From the NCBI GenBank assembly GCA_963674945.2, contig CAXXWQ010000004.1, positions 448,001-512,000 on the forward strand: DNA of 64,000 bases, read 5' to 3'. Below, piece after piece: positions 10,818 to 21,368 of this stretch. The first letter of the stretch is position 1. Each line of letters starts with the position of its first letter. The notes under the pieces were generated by a model. That model made no database searches. It was not told the DNA's origin and saw only the letters and a list, made by a program, of their open reading frames with translations. This DNA is from an uncultured Desulfosarcina sp. Lineage in GTDB: Bacteria; Desulfobacterota; Desulfobacteria; Desulfobacterales; Desulfosarcinaceae. Both the position numbers and the translations under genes were made by a program.

Positions 10818-10839
10818 ATCATTTTTTTCATTGAAAATC

Positions 10840-11568
10840 TTATTTTCTGTTGTTCAGCACCCCGGTCAGGATCCGTTGCGCACTTTCGGCCTGGGCTTTA
10901 CCGACCGTTTTTTTCAGTACGGATATGAAATCTTTCATCTGCGCTTCGGTCAAGCCGGTATTCATTGCCGCCCCAAGATGGAAGCCAAGCTGCCCCTCGG
11001 TACCCGTCATGTTTGCGAGGGCGGCGATTGTGGCCAGTTCCCTGTCTTTATGGCTGATCACATCACGAACGAAAATATCGGCAAACAGGTGTTCTTTCAG
11101 GAACGTATCCATGGTTGGTGAGAAAATCTGCCATTTGGCCCCCGAGATATCCGTTTCTCTTCCGGCAAGCTTGGCCCTCACCGTTGCACCATAGGCATCT
11201 TTGTCCAGGTCAGGTGGAACAGGACTGGCCTCTCTGCCAACGGCATCTTCGATGCCTTTCGCCTTACGCTCGTCCAGCACGCCCATGAAGGCGGACAGCG
11301 CATTCAGACTGCGGGGAAATCCCGTATAGGCATACAGATGGACCAGGACTTCCTTGATTTCATTGACGGTCAGGCCATCATCCAGTCCCTCGTTCAATGC
11401 CGGTTTGAGCCGCTGGATATCACCGTCGGCGGTGAAAGCCGCAATCGGTATGATGCGTTGCTGTCTCTGATTCAATGATTGACCTTTTTCCGGTTGTTTT
11501 TCGGAACCGGCATAGGCGCCGGATGCGAAAAAAATCAGAAGGATTGTTAGTATTGTCAGATTTTTCAT
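10840..11568 (-). CDS. Carboxymuconolactone decarboxylase family protein with signal peptide
   Basis: GLTVNEIKEVLVHLYAYTGFPRSLNAL, FLKEHLFADIF and RELATIAAL. Confidence 0.85.
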   Translation of the reverse strand: MKNLTILTILLIFFASGAYAGSEKQPEKGQSLNQRQQRIIPIAAFTADGDIQRLKPALNEGLDDGLTVNEIKEVLVHLYAYTGFPRSLNALSAFMGVLDERKAKGIEDAVGREASPVPPDLDKDAYGATVRAKLAGRETDISGAKWQIFSPTMDTFLKEHLFADIFVRDVISHKDRELATIAALANMTGTEGQLGFHLGAAMNTGLTEAQMKDFISVLKKTVGKAQAESAQRILTGVLNNRK

Positions 11569-11600
11569 TGTCTTGTCTCTTTTTCCGTTTGGATTGATCT

Positions 11601-12455
11601 TTACTGATATACAGGGAACACGCTGGCCTCTCCATAGTCCTTGATTCGTTCCATGTTCTTCAACCGTTCCAGATCCTCTCCGGAAATAACGAAATCCACA
11701 TCCGCGTTGTCTTTCATGTGGTCCGGGTTCGCGGTCTTGGGCAGGGGAAGAAGATCGAGCTGCAGCGTATAACGAATACACAATCGCGGCACGGAAACGC
11801 CATATTTTTTCGCCATTTCCACTAATGCCTCGTTTTTCAGTAATTCTCCGTGTCCAACCGGGGAATAGGCCTCCACGAGCATGCCTTTGTCTTGAGAATA
11901 TTGAATCAGCGCTGCAGGCGTATTGCTTACATGGGCCAGAATCTGATTGACCATGGGTCTTACCGAGCAGGATTCGAAGATGTTATCGATGTCTGGTGTT
12001 TGGAAGTTGGAAAGACCGATGGAGCGCAGCTTTCCACCTTTATACGCTTCCTCGAGCGCTCTCCACGCCTCGCGGTTTCCCTCGAAAAAGCGCTCTTCTT
12101 CACCAAACTTCGCCCATGGTTTCGGGCTGTGAATAATCATCATGTCAAGATAATCGAGTCCCATCGTCGTAAGCGACGTATCAATGGATGCAACAGCCTC
12201 CTTATAGGACTTTACTTCTGCCGCAAGTTTGGTGGTCACAAACATGTCCTCTCTTTTCACACCGCAGGCCCTGATCCCCTCTCCAACACCGCTTTCATTG
12301 GCGTATGCCTGCGCCGTATCGATATGCCGGTAACCGATTTGGGCAGCATCCTTTACCGCCTGTCCTGCATTTTCGTTGCTTATGAACCATGTTCCAAGAC
12401 CTAATTTTGGAATCTCGACCCCATTGGACAGCGTATATTTTTCTTCCAGAATCAT
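11601..12455 (-). CDS. Aldo/keto reductase
   Basis: GYRHIDTAQAY, FVTTKL, IGLSNF, AYSP and LPKT motifs. Confidence 0.93.
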   Translation of the reverse strand: MILEEKYTLSNGVEIPKLGLGTWFISNENAGQAVKDAAQIGYRHIDTAQAYANESGVGEGIRACGVKREDMFVTTKLAAEVKSYKEAVASIDTSLTTMGLDYLDMMIIHSPKPWAKFGEEERFFEGNREAWRALEEAYKGGKLRSIGLSNFQTPDIDNIFESCSVRPMVNQILAHVSNTPAALIQYSQDKGMLVEAYSPVGHGELLKNEALVEMAKKYGVSVPRLCIRYTLQLDLLPLPKTANPDHMKDNADVDFVISGEDLERLKNMERIKDYGEASVFPVYQ

Positions 12456-12483
12456 AGTTTCATCTCCTTTTTTGCTTCTTTCG

Positions 12484-13650
12484 TTAGAAGCACTCTTTCA
12501 GGATTTCCAATACTTCCTCGGCAGTAAGCTTTTTATATCCATTTTCCAGAATAAAGGTACTCTCGGCAATCTTCGGCAGCATCTCTTCAGTAGCGCCGAG
12601 TTCTTTTATCGACGTCACGATTCCACACTCTTTACAGAACGCTTCGAGCGCATCGATCCCCTCTTTGGCAAGCTCTTCTTTCGATTTTCCATCAGCGGAA
12701 ATCCCCCACACTGCGACAGCAAAACGCGCGAATTTATCAACACCCTGGGAGGAAATGTGCCGGTAGTACGGCAGCGAAATCGCGGCGAGTCCCATGCCGT
12801 GTGCACAGTCCGTGTAAGCGCCGAGTTGGTGCTCAATCATGTGAACCTGCCAGTCCTGCTTTTTCGACAGTCCGGTCATCGTATTCAATGCAAGTGTCGC
12901 ATTCCACATGATGTTGCTGCGTGCTTCATAATCTTCCGGATTTTTTAATGCCACACGGACATTGTCGATGGAAGAACGAAGCAGTGCCTCGATAAGATAA
13001 TCCGTTGTATTGGAATCATCGCCTGTGAAGTACTGCTCCATTAAATGGGACATGGTATCAAATACACCGCTGACCATCTGGTACTGGGGCACCGTATAGG
13101 TGTATTCAGGGTTAAGAATAGAAAATTTCGGGTATACATCGGCAGGAAAAACCCTGCCTGCCTTGATTTTCGTCTCTTCATGGGTGATCACCGAGCCGCC
13201 ATTCATCTCGGAACCGGTTCCAACCATCGTGAGAATTGATGCAACAGGAACCGTTTTGTTCGCCACCGGCTGGAATTGAAGCCAGTATTTCGTGAAGGGA
13301 TCGTCGTCACAATAGGCGGATACGGAGATTCCTTTCGCGCAGTCGATGACAGAGCCGCCACCAACGGCCAGGATAAGACTCACATCATTGTCCCGGACCA
13401 GTTCGCAGCCTTCCTGCATCTTGCTCTATGTGGGATTGGGCATAACACCCGAGAGCTCGACAACACGTTTGCCCGCTTCCTTCAGGATATCGACAACCTG
13501 GTCATAGAGCCCGGTTTTCTTGATCGCCGTCTTTCCGTATACCAAAAGAACGGTCTCACCGTAATTTGCCAGTTCCCCTGTAAGATTGGATAATGACTCT
13601 TTTCCGAAATGAATCGTCGTCGGATTGTAGTACGTAAAATCGATTAACAT
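12484..13650 (-). pseudogene. Iron-containing alcohol (butanol-type) dehydrogenase with in-frame TAG at 13426-13428
   Basis: The 74-aa and 311-aa ORFs share a frame (PNPT*SKMQEG); GGGSVIDCAK, GTGSE, H-xx-EH and AHGMGL motifs. Confidence 0.85.
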
Positions 13651-13664
13651 GGTCGTCTCCTTCC

Positions 13665-14108
13665 TTATCGCAGTTGATTGTATTCTTCATCCGAAACCGG
13701 TTCCTGCCATTCGTTGGACCCGCCTTCGGAAGGCACTTCCACGGCCACATGGGCGAACCAGCTGTCCTTGGCGGCTCCGTGCCAATGCTTGGTTTCCGGT
13801 GGGATGTTGACCACATCACCGGGTAAAAGTTCCCTGGCCGGTTTTCCCGCTTCCTGATACCAGCCGCGCCCGGCGGTCACCAGGAGGATCTGGCCTCCTT
13901 TGTGGTGGATATGCCAGAAGTTCCGGCAGCCCGGTTCAAAGGTGACGTTGGCGACAATCACGCCTTCCAGGGAAAGCATTTTCAAATAGCTTGTCCCTGT
14001 AAAATAGCGGGCGTAGGCCTCATTCTTCTCCCCTTTCGGGAAGATGCCTTCTCCGGTAAACGGTTTTGCCGTGTTTGACGTATTCGCGTCGTTGCTCAAT
14101 GAACTCAT
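13665..14108 (-). CDS. Cupin domain protein
   Basis: NVTFEPGCRNFWHIH, GGQILLV and KHWHGA. Confidence 0.9.
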   Translation of the reverse strand: MSSLSNDANTSNTAKPFTGEGIFPKGEKNEAYARYFTGTSYLKMLSLEGVIVANVTFEPGCRNFWHIHHKGGQILLVTAGRGWYQEAGKPARELLPGDVVNIPPETKHWHGAAKDSWFAHVAVEVPSEGGSNEWQEPVSDEEYNQLR

Positions 14109-14163
14109 GATACCTCCTCGAGTAATGAATTGTTTTAATAGCGATCGTTACGTGTTTTCGGGT

Positions 14164-14643
14164 TTATATTCCCATGGAACGCAACCAGTCACAAATGGCT
14201 GCCGGGGTATGGCTGTCTCCCCTGTTGTACGCACCGAAGCCCTGTTTGACGGTGGCGTTCGGGCACATGGTTTTGATGTCTCTTTCGAATGAACCGGCAC
14301 CGCCGCCGCCATGGGTGTGAAAAGGGATTACGGTTTTGCTGTTCAAATCAAAACGGTCGATAAAGGAAGCCAGCGGCGGCGCCATGGTGCTGCACCAGAT
14401 CGGGGTTCCCAGGAACACGACGGAATAGGGCTTCGCATCCGCCGGCATGGCTTTCAGTTCCGGTTGGAAGCCGGAGCCGATTTCCTCTTTTGCCTGTGCC
14501 ACCGCAGCACTGTAGTTGGTGGTGTACGGCCGGGCGGGCTCGATCTCAAACAAGGTGCCGCCGGTTTCCTTTTTAATCAGTTTGGCGATCTCCCTGGTGT
14601 TTCCGGACCAGGAGTAATAGGCAATCAGAATACCGTTTTTCAT
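14164..14643 (-). CDS. Flavodoxin
   Basis: YYSWSGNT, LGTPIW and PFHTHGGGG. Confidence 0.9.
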   Translation of the reverse strand: MKNGILIAYYSWSGNTREIAKLIKKETGGTLFEIEPARPYTTNYSAAVAQAKEEIGSGFQPELKAMPADAKPYSVVFLGTPIWCSTMAPPLASFIDRFDLNSKTVIPFHTHGGGGAGSFERDIKTMCPNATVKQGFGAYNRGDSHTPAAICDWLRSMGI

Positions 14644-14676
14644 CGTCGTTCTTTCCTTCTTATCTGTATATCCGTG

Positions 14677-15333
14677 TTACTTTCCATGGGCGTTCAAAAC
14701 CTCTTCGAGTACTCTTTTGGCGTTATTCGCCACGTCAGGGCCGCACCAGGTGCCAAGAACCGTGATGAAGTCATGGAGCATCTCCTGCGTAATGCCATTT
14801 TTCAGGCTTATGGCATAATGTGACTGAAGCTGGCCATTGACGCCCTCTATGTTTGCCAGACCCGCGATGGTCGCCAGTTCGCGTTCACTCCAGTCGAGCA
14901 CGTCGCGCTGAAAAATGTCGCCGAAGAGATGGGCTTTGAGAAACCGGTCAATGGCCGGGGCAAAATCAAACAGAGGACCTGTGACCGGTTGTCCCACCAG
15001 TTTCGTCTGATTTTCCGTGCCGAATTCAAGGCTGCTTCTATCGGCCGGCAAGGGGCTCGCTTCTTTTCCCATCTCGTCCGTGCAGCCTTTTTCCTTTCGG
15101 TCGGCCATGACGGCCATGAACGTTCCGATGGCATTCAGGCTTCTGGGAAAACCGGCATAGGCGTACATCTGAACGAGAATTTCCTTGATTTCATTCACGG
15201 TCAGGCCGGCATCGAGCCCGTTCTCCATACTCGTTTTCAAATTGTCCAGATCCCCGTTGGCGGTAAAAGCGGCAATGGGGATAATCGCCCGCTGTTTCGT
15301 ATTTAGTGTTGTTTGCATCATGTGTGTCTCCAT
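14677..15333 (-). CDS. Carboxymuconolactone decarboxylase family protein (paralog of 10840-11568)
   Basis: GLTVNEIKEILVQMYAYAGFPRSLNA and FLKAHLFGDIF. Confidence 0.85.
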   Translation of the reverse strand: METHMMQTTLNTKQRAIIPIAAFTANGDLDNLKTSMENGLDAGLTVNEIKEILVQMYAYAGFPRSLNAIGTFMAVMADRKEKGCTDEMGKEASPLPADRSSLEFGTENQTKLVGQPVTGPLFDFAPAIDRFLKAHLFGDIFQRDVLDWSERELATIAGLANIEGVNGQLQSHYAISLKNGITQEMLHDFITVLGTWCGPDVANNAKRVLEEVLNAHGK

Positions 15334-15400
15334 CAAAGCCTTATGATCTCATACTGATCGTTGCCCATGTTCATTTATTTTCATGTTACACTTCTCGTTT

Positions 15401-15973
15401 CTATGCTTTTTTACCCATACTGTAAGCCTGTGTCATGGAGGAGGTTCCAACGACTCCGCCCGCATCCCAGACGCCGGTGATGGAAATGACGCCCTTTTCT
15501 TTGATGCCGGAAAGGCAGTTGGTGAAAACCCGTAAACTGTCGACGGCTCTGTCAACGGGCAGCTTGCCGCCCGCGGCAGAAACGATATAGTACACATCCT
15601 TGCCCTGGATCATGGAGTAAATGGGGCAGGTCCTGTCGATGAAGTTCTTCATCTGGGCGTTCATGGCGTGGAAATAGACGGGCGTTGCCAGGACCATGAC
15701 GTCGGCGGCCAGGATCTTTTTGAAGATGTCGTTCATGTCGTCCTTTTGAACGCATGCCCCCTGCCTGCCGATGCAGGCGCAGCATCCCGTACAATAGTTG
15801 ATATCCTGGTCAGATATACGGATTTTCTCCACATGGTGGCCGGCCTCCCCGGCTCCCCGCATGAATTCATCGCAGAGGAGGTCGGAGTTGCCGCCCTTTC
15901 TGGGACTTGCCGACACCAAAAGTATGTTCTTGCTCATGGGATTCTTTCTGTTTCGTTGTTTCGGTGGTGCCAT
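15401..15973 (-). CDS. Flavodoxin family / iron-sulfur flavoprotein (FMN reductase fold)
   Basis: SPRKGGNS, CxxCxxC...C, DDM and ATPVYF; RBS AGGAG. Confidence 0.88.
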   Translation of the reverse strand: MAPPKQRNRKNPMSKNILLVSASPRKGGNSDLLCDEFMRGAGEAGHHVEKIRISDQDINYCTGCCACIGRQGACVQKDDMNDIFKKILAADVMVLATPVYFHAMNAQMKNFIDRTCPIYSMIQGKDVYYIVSAAGGKLPVDRAVDSLRVFTNCLSGIKEKGVISITGVWDAGGVVGTSSMTQAYSMGKKA

Positions 15974-15983
15974 GGTGTCTCCT

Positions 15984-17039
15984 CTATCCCAGCGCCTTGG
16001 TGAAAAAGGCCGTCAACTTGTCAAAGGGAATCATATCGGTCCTGTCGTACAGATCGATATGTCTCGCACCCGGAACGATATAGAGCTCTTTGGGCTCGGC
16101 AGCCATTTTATAGGCGTCTTCCGTGAAATATCTGGAGTGTGCCTTCTCGCCCATGATGAACAAAATCGGTCTCGGTGAAATGGTATCGATGTAGTTCAAC
16201 AAGGGAAAATTCATGAACGCCATGTTGCTTGTCTGGGTAAACGGGCCGTGGGATCTTGGATGGTGTCCACGCGCCATTGCATAATATTCCCAAAACTCGC
16301 TTGAAATGGGATCCAGATTTTCCGGAATGGCGTCGGCCGGTTCACCGGGAAATCCTGCGGGCAATAGCGGACTTCCATTTTCAAAATCTTTCCAGCGCTG
16401 CTCTCCAAGCTGGTCGAGGGTCTTGCTGCGCTGTTCGTCAGACATCCCGTCTTTCCACCCGTTCCGTATGACACGACTCATGTCGTACATGCTTGCCGTG
16501 GCAACGGCTTTGATACGGTGGTCAACCTGTGCCGCGGTAAGGGCAAATGCGCCGCTGCCGCAGATACCGATGACACCGATCTTATTTCTGTCCACAAAGG
16601 GACGCGTTCCCAAAAAATCCATGCCCGCACTGAAATCTTCGACGAATATATCGGGTGAAGAAACATGTCTGGGTTCCCCGCCGCTTTCGCCATTGAACGA
16701 TTCATCGAAAGCAATGGCAACAAAGCCCCGCTCGGCCATGGTCTGTGCGTAAATGCCGGCCCCCTGCTCTTTCACGCCGCCATAGGGCGTACCGACAACA
16801 ATGGCCGCATATTTTTTCGATGTATCGATCTCTTTGGGCAGATACATATCTGCTGCCACGGTGATTCCGTATCGGTTGGGGTAGAACACTTTTTCGTGAA
16901 CGACCGTATCGCTTTTGGTAAAGGTCTTATCCCATGTCTGGGTACCAACCGTCGTGGAAGCGCAGTTCATGAGAAAAAGCGAGGCCAGAACCGCCAAGAT
17001 CGTGTGGAAGCCATGCCTGATTTCTGATTTCTTTTTCAT
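15984..17039 (-). CDS. Alpha/beta hydrolase (YcjY-like), probably exported
   Basis: GTPYGGVKEQ, GESGGEPR, GICGSG (Cys nucleophile) and HIDLYD. Confidence 0.88.
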   Translation of the reverse strand: MKKKSEIRHGFHTILAVLASLFLMNCASTTVGTQTWDKTFTKSDTVVHEKVFYPNRYGITVAADMYLPKEIDTSKKYAAIVVGTPYGGVKEQGAGIYAQTMAERGFVAIAFDESFNGESGGEPRHVSSPDIFVEDFSAGMDFLGTRPFVDRNKIGVIGICGSGAFALTAAQVDHRIKAVATASMYDMSRVIRNGWKDGMSDEQRSKTLDQLGEQRWKDFENGSPLLPAGFPGEPADAIPENLDPISSEFWEYYAMARGHHPRSHGPFTQTSNMAFMNFPLLNYIDTISPRPILFIMGEKAHSRYFTEDAYKMAAEPKELYIVPGARHIDLYDRTDMIPFDKLTAFFTKALG

Positions 17040-17739
17040 TTTGTTTTTCCTTTCGTTTACCTGTCCGTGCTCCATCACAATGTATTCGAAGCCGTTTTGG
17101 ACAAACAGTAATGATTCGCCACCTGAAGCGGAATACCTGATCCTCTCAAAAGTTTGCCTATTTCTGCTCAATCGTTTATTTTTCGTTGCCTTGTGATTAT
17201 AAATGTTGTCTAAAGCTAATGAATTTAAACGGAAAGGAATTCACATGTCACAAATAGCCGAACTTTTGAAAAGCTTCCCGCTAGCCGATTCTGACGCTTC
17301 TGAATCTCTGCTGAAAGGGGTGCTTTTATTTAAAGAGACACAACACATTCTTCGTAGACCGATGGTATATGATCCGGGTATCTGCATCGTGGCCCAGGGT
17401 CACAAGATTGGCTACCTGGGAGGCCAGAAGTTTCGATATGATGCCAACCATTACCTGGTGACCTCTGTCACCATGCCCTTCGAATCCGAGACCTTTGCAA
17501 CCCCTGAAGAGCCACTTTTGGGCCTTTATATTAATATCGATATGGGCCAGCTGCATGATCTGATCGGCCGATTGGGGCTCCAGGCAGAGATCGGCAGTGC
17601 CTTTGAAAAGGGCTTGCCGTGCGGGATTGGCCCGGCTGTCATGGATGAGGATATGGCGGATGCAACGTTGCGGCTGGTCAAGTGCCTGCGGTCGAAGACA
17701 GAATCCCAGATTTTGGGACCCGGCCTGGTGCGGGAAATT

Positions 17740-20195
17740 CAGAACACTGCATCTCCGGGAAAACTATGTGACACCTCCGGCATGATTTGAGGTGCTGCAG
17801 CCATTTAGTTCGAATATCATTTGCAGCTCGGTACCGGGGTATTTTACCTGCGCACTGTTCAGATGCGCAAACAGTTGGCAAAGAGCCCGATTGGCCGCTG
17901 GGAACGAAGCGCCGTGCAATCGTATATTCAATTGCTGATTTTCAATATCGGGCAGTACATCGCCTTCGGTCTGGAACAGTGTCTGGAGAAGACTCCGTGC
18001 ATCCGACGAGTTTACCGTCGGACCCGTGAGCAACCCAACCATTGCCGTCTCTGCACGATATGCAATCATACGAACCGTGTCCATCAGGCGTTTTCTGCCC
18101 GGTTGTAAACGTAAAAATTTATCTTTTGCTTCAAGTTCTCCCCACGTGATGTGTTTACTTGTCTGTTTTCGTTTTTCTTTCAACTCGCTGAGTTGATACT
18201 CCATCTTTTCGATTTCTTCTAACAGCTCGGCCTTTTTCTCTATCCACTTCTTAAACTTTACCGGTTTGTCTTCATTTTCAGGGTGAATGGTCATCTCGGC
18301 AAAACAGGCACGACGATATCGTAGCTTGTTCTGCAACGAATTACGGGATTGATTCAATTGCCGCCAAACGGGGTTGATTACCCGTTCGGTATCAGGAAAT
18401 TCAACGACACCATAATCTAAAAGCACATCGATATCAAAATGTTGCATCATATAGTTGAAAAAGTTTTCCTGACACCACCGGCTGAACATGCGTGCTGCCA
18501 ATTGAGTATGCGGCAAATCGAAAGCGGTGCTGATTACGCTGGTCTGGTGTCCGGAATCGGTCAGTTTTCGCACTTGTCGCATCCATGTTGCACCCTTACC
18601 AGATCCCACCAAACTACCCATTTCGCAAAGCCGCATCTTCACCACCTCTTTGTTTGGCATCGCAACTTCATACTCGGTGAACCAATGCTCCGGCCATGAT
18701 TCACCAGGATGCTTATGATACGTCATGCAGCCGATTCGATGGCGATCCCACATTTCCTTGAAGAATGCGGGACTATATCCTTCCCTGTCGAAAACAAGAA
18801 CGAACCGGCATAAACATGGGTTCTCTTGTAGTTGCTGCAAACCGGGTTGATTCGGAACGTCTTGCAACAACCGGGGAACGATATCGTCTCTTAAAACCGC
18901 CAATAATCCAGGATCGATCTGCTTTTCGACGACAAAAAAAGGTCGGCCAATCGCATCGTTAACCCAATAGTCGGTAATGCCCCTCATGCACAATCGTTCC
19001 CGGGACACGTAGCGGCGCGGTAGTCGGGTCAATTTTCCATGATAAACACGTACATGCCCGTCAACATAAAGCGCGCCAACCGATTCGGGCGCCTGTTCCA
19101 TCCAGTATTTACCGAGGTATGCGGCCCACTTTTCCGCGCCGTGGTCTGCGCTCAACGCATCCATCTTGTAACGCAAACAGCGAACCTCCGGTGCACGATC
19201 CAAGCCCAATAACTTACCAAATTCTCCCGGAGCATGGCCTCGTATTTTTTCTGTCGTCTTGATCCTGCATAAGGCCATAAACGAAAGCAGCAACAAGACA
19301 TGAAAGATCGTGTAATAGCCTTTGACTTGGCCGAGGAACTGTTTTGCGCCGGTAAACAACCCGTTTGCCACCAATGACGGTATCGCACAAAGAACGCCTG
19401 CTTTGGGAACGTCCAGGCATCTGTCAAAACGAACCGGCGCACCAACCATTTTGCCCAATGATGCCAATATGCGTTCCCCGACTCGGTTGCAAGCCGTCCC
19501 CATACCATCGGCAGCAGCCATGTCGACCATGTCCCGATCTGATTTGGTTAGACACGGTTCACCAATCCTTGATTCGATTAACCGACCATCATCTATAGCT
19601 TTGCGAAACGTATCGTATTTAATGCCAAGTTCCAGGGCGGCATCTTTTTTCGAGCACCCTTGATCCAGTAAACGTTGGGCTTGTTCAAGCACCTCAGGTT
19701 TGAAAACCTTGCCGCCGCGTCGTCCCCGCCGCTGAACGAAAAATGCCTCGGCGCCGCCGGACCTGAGTTTGTTCACGGATCGGATGACATTGCTCTTGGA
19801 TACGCCGAATGTGTTTTGGATATCGATCTGGCGGCAAGCTCCGGATTCAACCAGTTGGGCTGTTATCATCCGAAACATTCGTTGATCGCCTTGTCTGTGA
19901 GAATAAATCGGAACGGTCGATAGAAAATAGGTCCAGGTCGTATCGTCACGAAATACACTGACAAGCCCGTTGATTTGTCTTGCACCGCGAGGAATAAGTG
20001 GTAGTATCTGTTGAGGCATGGCATCCTTTTCCTTTCATTTATCCGCCAAGATAATAAGGTTAAAGGTGCCATGTTCATTTTCCGGTTGCAATACCTTACC
20101 GGCCTGCTGGATTCAGACTCCTATCTTTCTGTTTTTCAACCACTTACATTATGTTTTGCTTGCCATATGCAACAATTAGGAAATCAAGTTTCCTG
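17740..20195 (-). mobile_element. Insertion sequence (~2456 bp), family unassigned
   Basis: Flanking direct repeat (G)AAATT(C) at 17734-17740 and 20195-20201; imperfect TIRs CAGAACACTGCATCTCC / CAGGAAACTTGATTTCC; splits AraC. Confidence 0.9.
17764..20019 (-). CDS. Large putative DDE transposase (751 aa)
   Basis: N-terminal HTH-like segments; YVDGH, VFDREG and RWCQENFF as a candidate D-D-E; coiled-coil insert; fills the IS. Confidence 0.85.
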   Translation of the reverse strand: MPQQILPLIPRGARQINGLVSVFRDDTTWTYFLSTVPIYSHRQGDQRMFRMITAQLVESGACRQIDIQNTFGVSKSNVIRSVNKLRSGGAEAFFVQRRGRRGGKVFKPEVLEQAQRLLDQGCSKKDAALELGIKYDTFRKAIDDGRLIESRIGEPCLTKSDRDMVDMAAADGMGTACNRVGERILASLGKMVGAPVRFDRCLDVPKAGVLCAIPSLVANGLFTGAKQFLGQVKGYYTIFHVLLLLSFMALCRIKTTEKIRGHAPGEFGKLLGLDRAPEVRCLRYKMDALSADHGAEKWAAYLGKYWMEQAPESVGALYVDGHVRVYHGKLTRLPRRYVSRERLCMRGITDYWVNDAIGRPFFVVEKQIDPGLLAVLRDDIVPRLLQDVPNQPGLQQLQENPCLCRFVLVFDREGYSPAFFKEMWDRHRIGCMTYHKHPGESWPEHWFTEYEVAMPNKEVVKMRLCEMGSLVGSGKGATWMRQVRKLTDSGHQTSVISTAFDLPHTQLAARMFSRWCQENFFNYMMQHFDIDVLLDYGVVEFPDTERVINPVWRQLNQSRNSLQNKLRYRRACFAEMTIHPENEDKPVKFKKWIEKKAELLEEIEKMEYQLSELKEKRKQTSKHITWGELEAKDKFLRLQPGRKRLMDTVRMIAYRAETAMVGLLTGPTVNSSDARSLLQTLFQTEGDVLPDIENQQLNIRLHGASFPAANRALCQLFAHLNSAQVKYPGTELQMIFELNGCSTSNHAGGVT

Positions 20196-20725
20196 AAATT
20201 CTGTATCGGGCCCTTTGCGGCGCGCAGGCACCGGTACTCTATTCCCTGGCCATGCACAACGGGACGTTTTCCCAGGTGGCCCGGGCGTTGAAGACTATGC
20301 AAGATAACTATTCGGAGAAGCTGGATGTGGACCAGTTGGCCAACACAGCCCGCATGAGTGCCTCGGCGTTTCACCGGTCCTTTAAAGAAATCACTTCGGA
20401 TTCTCCCATGCAGTATCTGAAAAAACTCCGGCTGACCAAGGCAAGGGATTTAATGGTGCAGCAAAAGATGAAAGCGTACATCGCGGCCGACCAGGTGGGC
20501 TATGAAAGTTCCTCCCAGTTCAGCCGTGAATTCAAGCGGTACTTCGGGCAGACCCCTGCCGAGATGGTGCGCGAGATGCGGGCCGCATAAAGTGCAGTCG
20601 CCGACGATTGGGGTGAGGGCAGATGGATGCGACGACATCTTTCCAATCCGGCGATGGCGCCAAGGGTATCCAAAAAGTGCTTTCCTGTATCTTTACGATC
20701 TACATCCGCTTGTTTCCCCGTTCCA

Positions 20726-21244
20726 CTACCCCCTAGTCGTGAATCGCCAGCGGCAGTACAGATTCTTGGGATGCTTGTCCGGCGGAGCGAACAAACACGC
20801 CACCTTTATGGAAGGATCGATTACCCGGGCGAAATTTTCGAATTCAGCCCGGTGCATATCTTTGCAGTCATATTCACCCATACCATGCTTCAGACGCCCT
20901 TCCTGGGCCGGGCAGCTGGGAACCTCGAGAATCAGTTCGTCGTCCTTTTCCAATAATTCATAGTCCACGATGATAGACCAGGGAAAAAGTTTCAATGCCT
21001 TCACAAACCCCGGAATGCCTTTCTCATCGATGGCAAACCGCTCTTTCAGGTCCCGGGCGGCCAGGTTTCCCACCTTACCCCATACCAGTTCATTGATCTT
21101 GCAGGCCTCTTCATGGCCATGGCGATTCTCGATATTGATAAACCAGAATGCATCCATCACCCTGTAATTGTGCAGTAAAAAACCCAGATATTTCAGGATA
21201 TCTTCTTTCGTCCACGCCGCAAACGATGCTGCCAATCGATCCAT
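20726..21244 (-). CDS. DUF6125-like protein
   Basis: MDAFWF, CPAQEGRLKHG..EYDCK and CLFAPPD...CRWRF pattern. Confidence 0.75.
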   Translation of the reverse strand: MDRLAASFAAWTKEDILKYLGFLLHNYRVMDAFWFINIENRHGHEEACKINELVWGKVGNLAARDLKERFAIDEKGIPGFVKALKLFPWSIIVDYELLEKDDELILEVPSCPAQEGRLKHGMGEYDCKDMHRAEFENFARVIDPSIKVACLFAPPDKHPKNLYCRWRFTTRG

Positions 21245-21337
21245 GATACCATCCCCTTCGTCTTTGAAATTTGATAGTGTCGACGCCATATTTCTGTCCC
21301 GCCCACTGTAACCGTTATCTCCAAGATGTTTCAACCA

Positions 21338-21354
21338 TGACGGATTCGTAAAAA
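21338..21354 (+). repeat. Solo TGACGGATTCGTAAAAA repeat terminus
   Basis: Matches the termini of the 23242-23368 element; lies about 15 bp past the radical SAM stop. Confidence 0.6.
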
Positions 21355-21368
21355 CATGAAAGCCCCGG

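Larger units (their letters stand above)
17245..20590 (+). pseudogene. AraC family regulator (YqhC-like) interrupted by an IS; parts 17245-17739 and 20201-20590
   Basis: Removing the IS restores LVREILYRALCG and a 294-aa frame with N-terminal YDPGICIVAQGHK and C-terminal VGYESSSQFSREFKRYFG. Confidence 0.9.

Noticed and set aside
17203..17790. 195-aa and 112-aa (20252-20590) ORFs as separate regulators
   Set aside because: They are two halves of one AraC gene split by the IS.
19866..20078. Upstream ORF as a frameshifted transposase orfA
   Set aside because: The 751-aa frame has its own ATG and an RBS-like GGAAAAGGA; I saw no slippery site.
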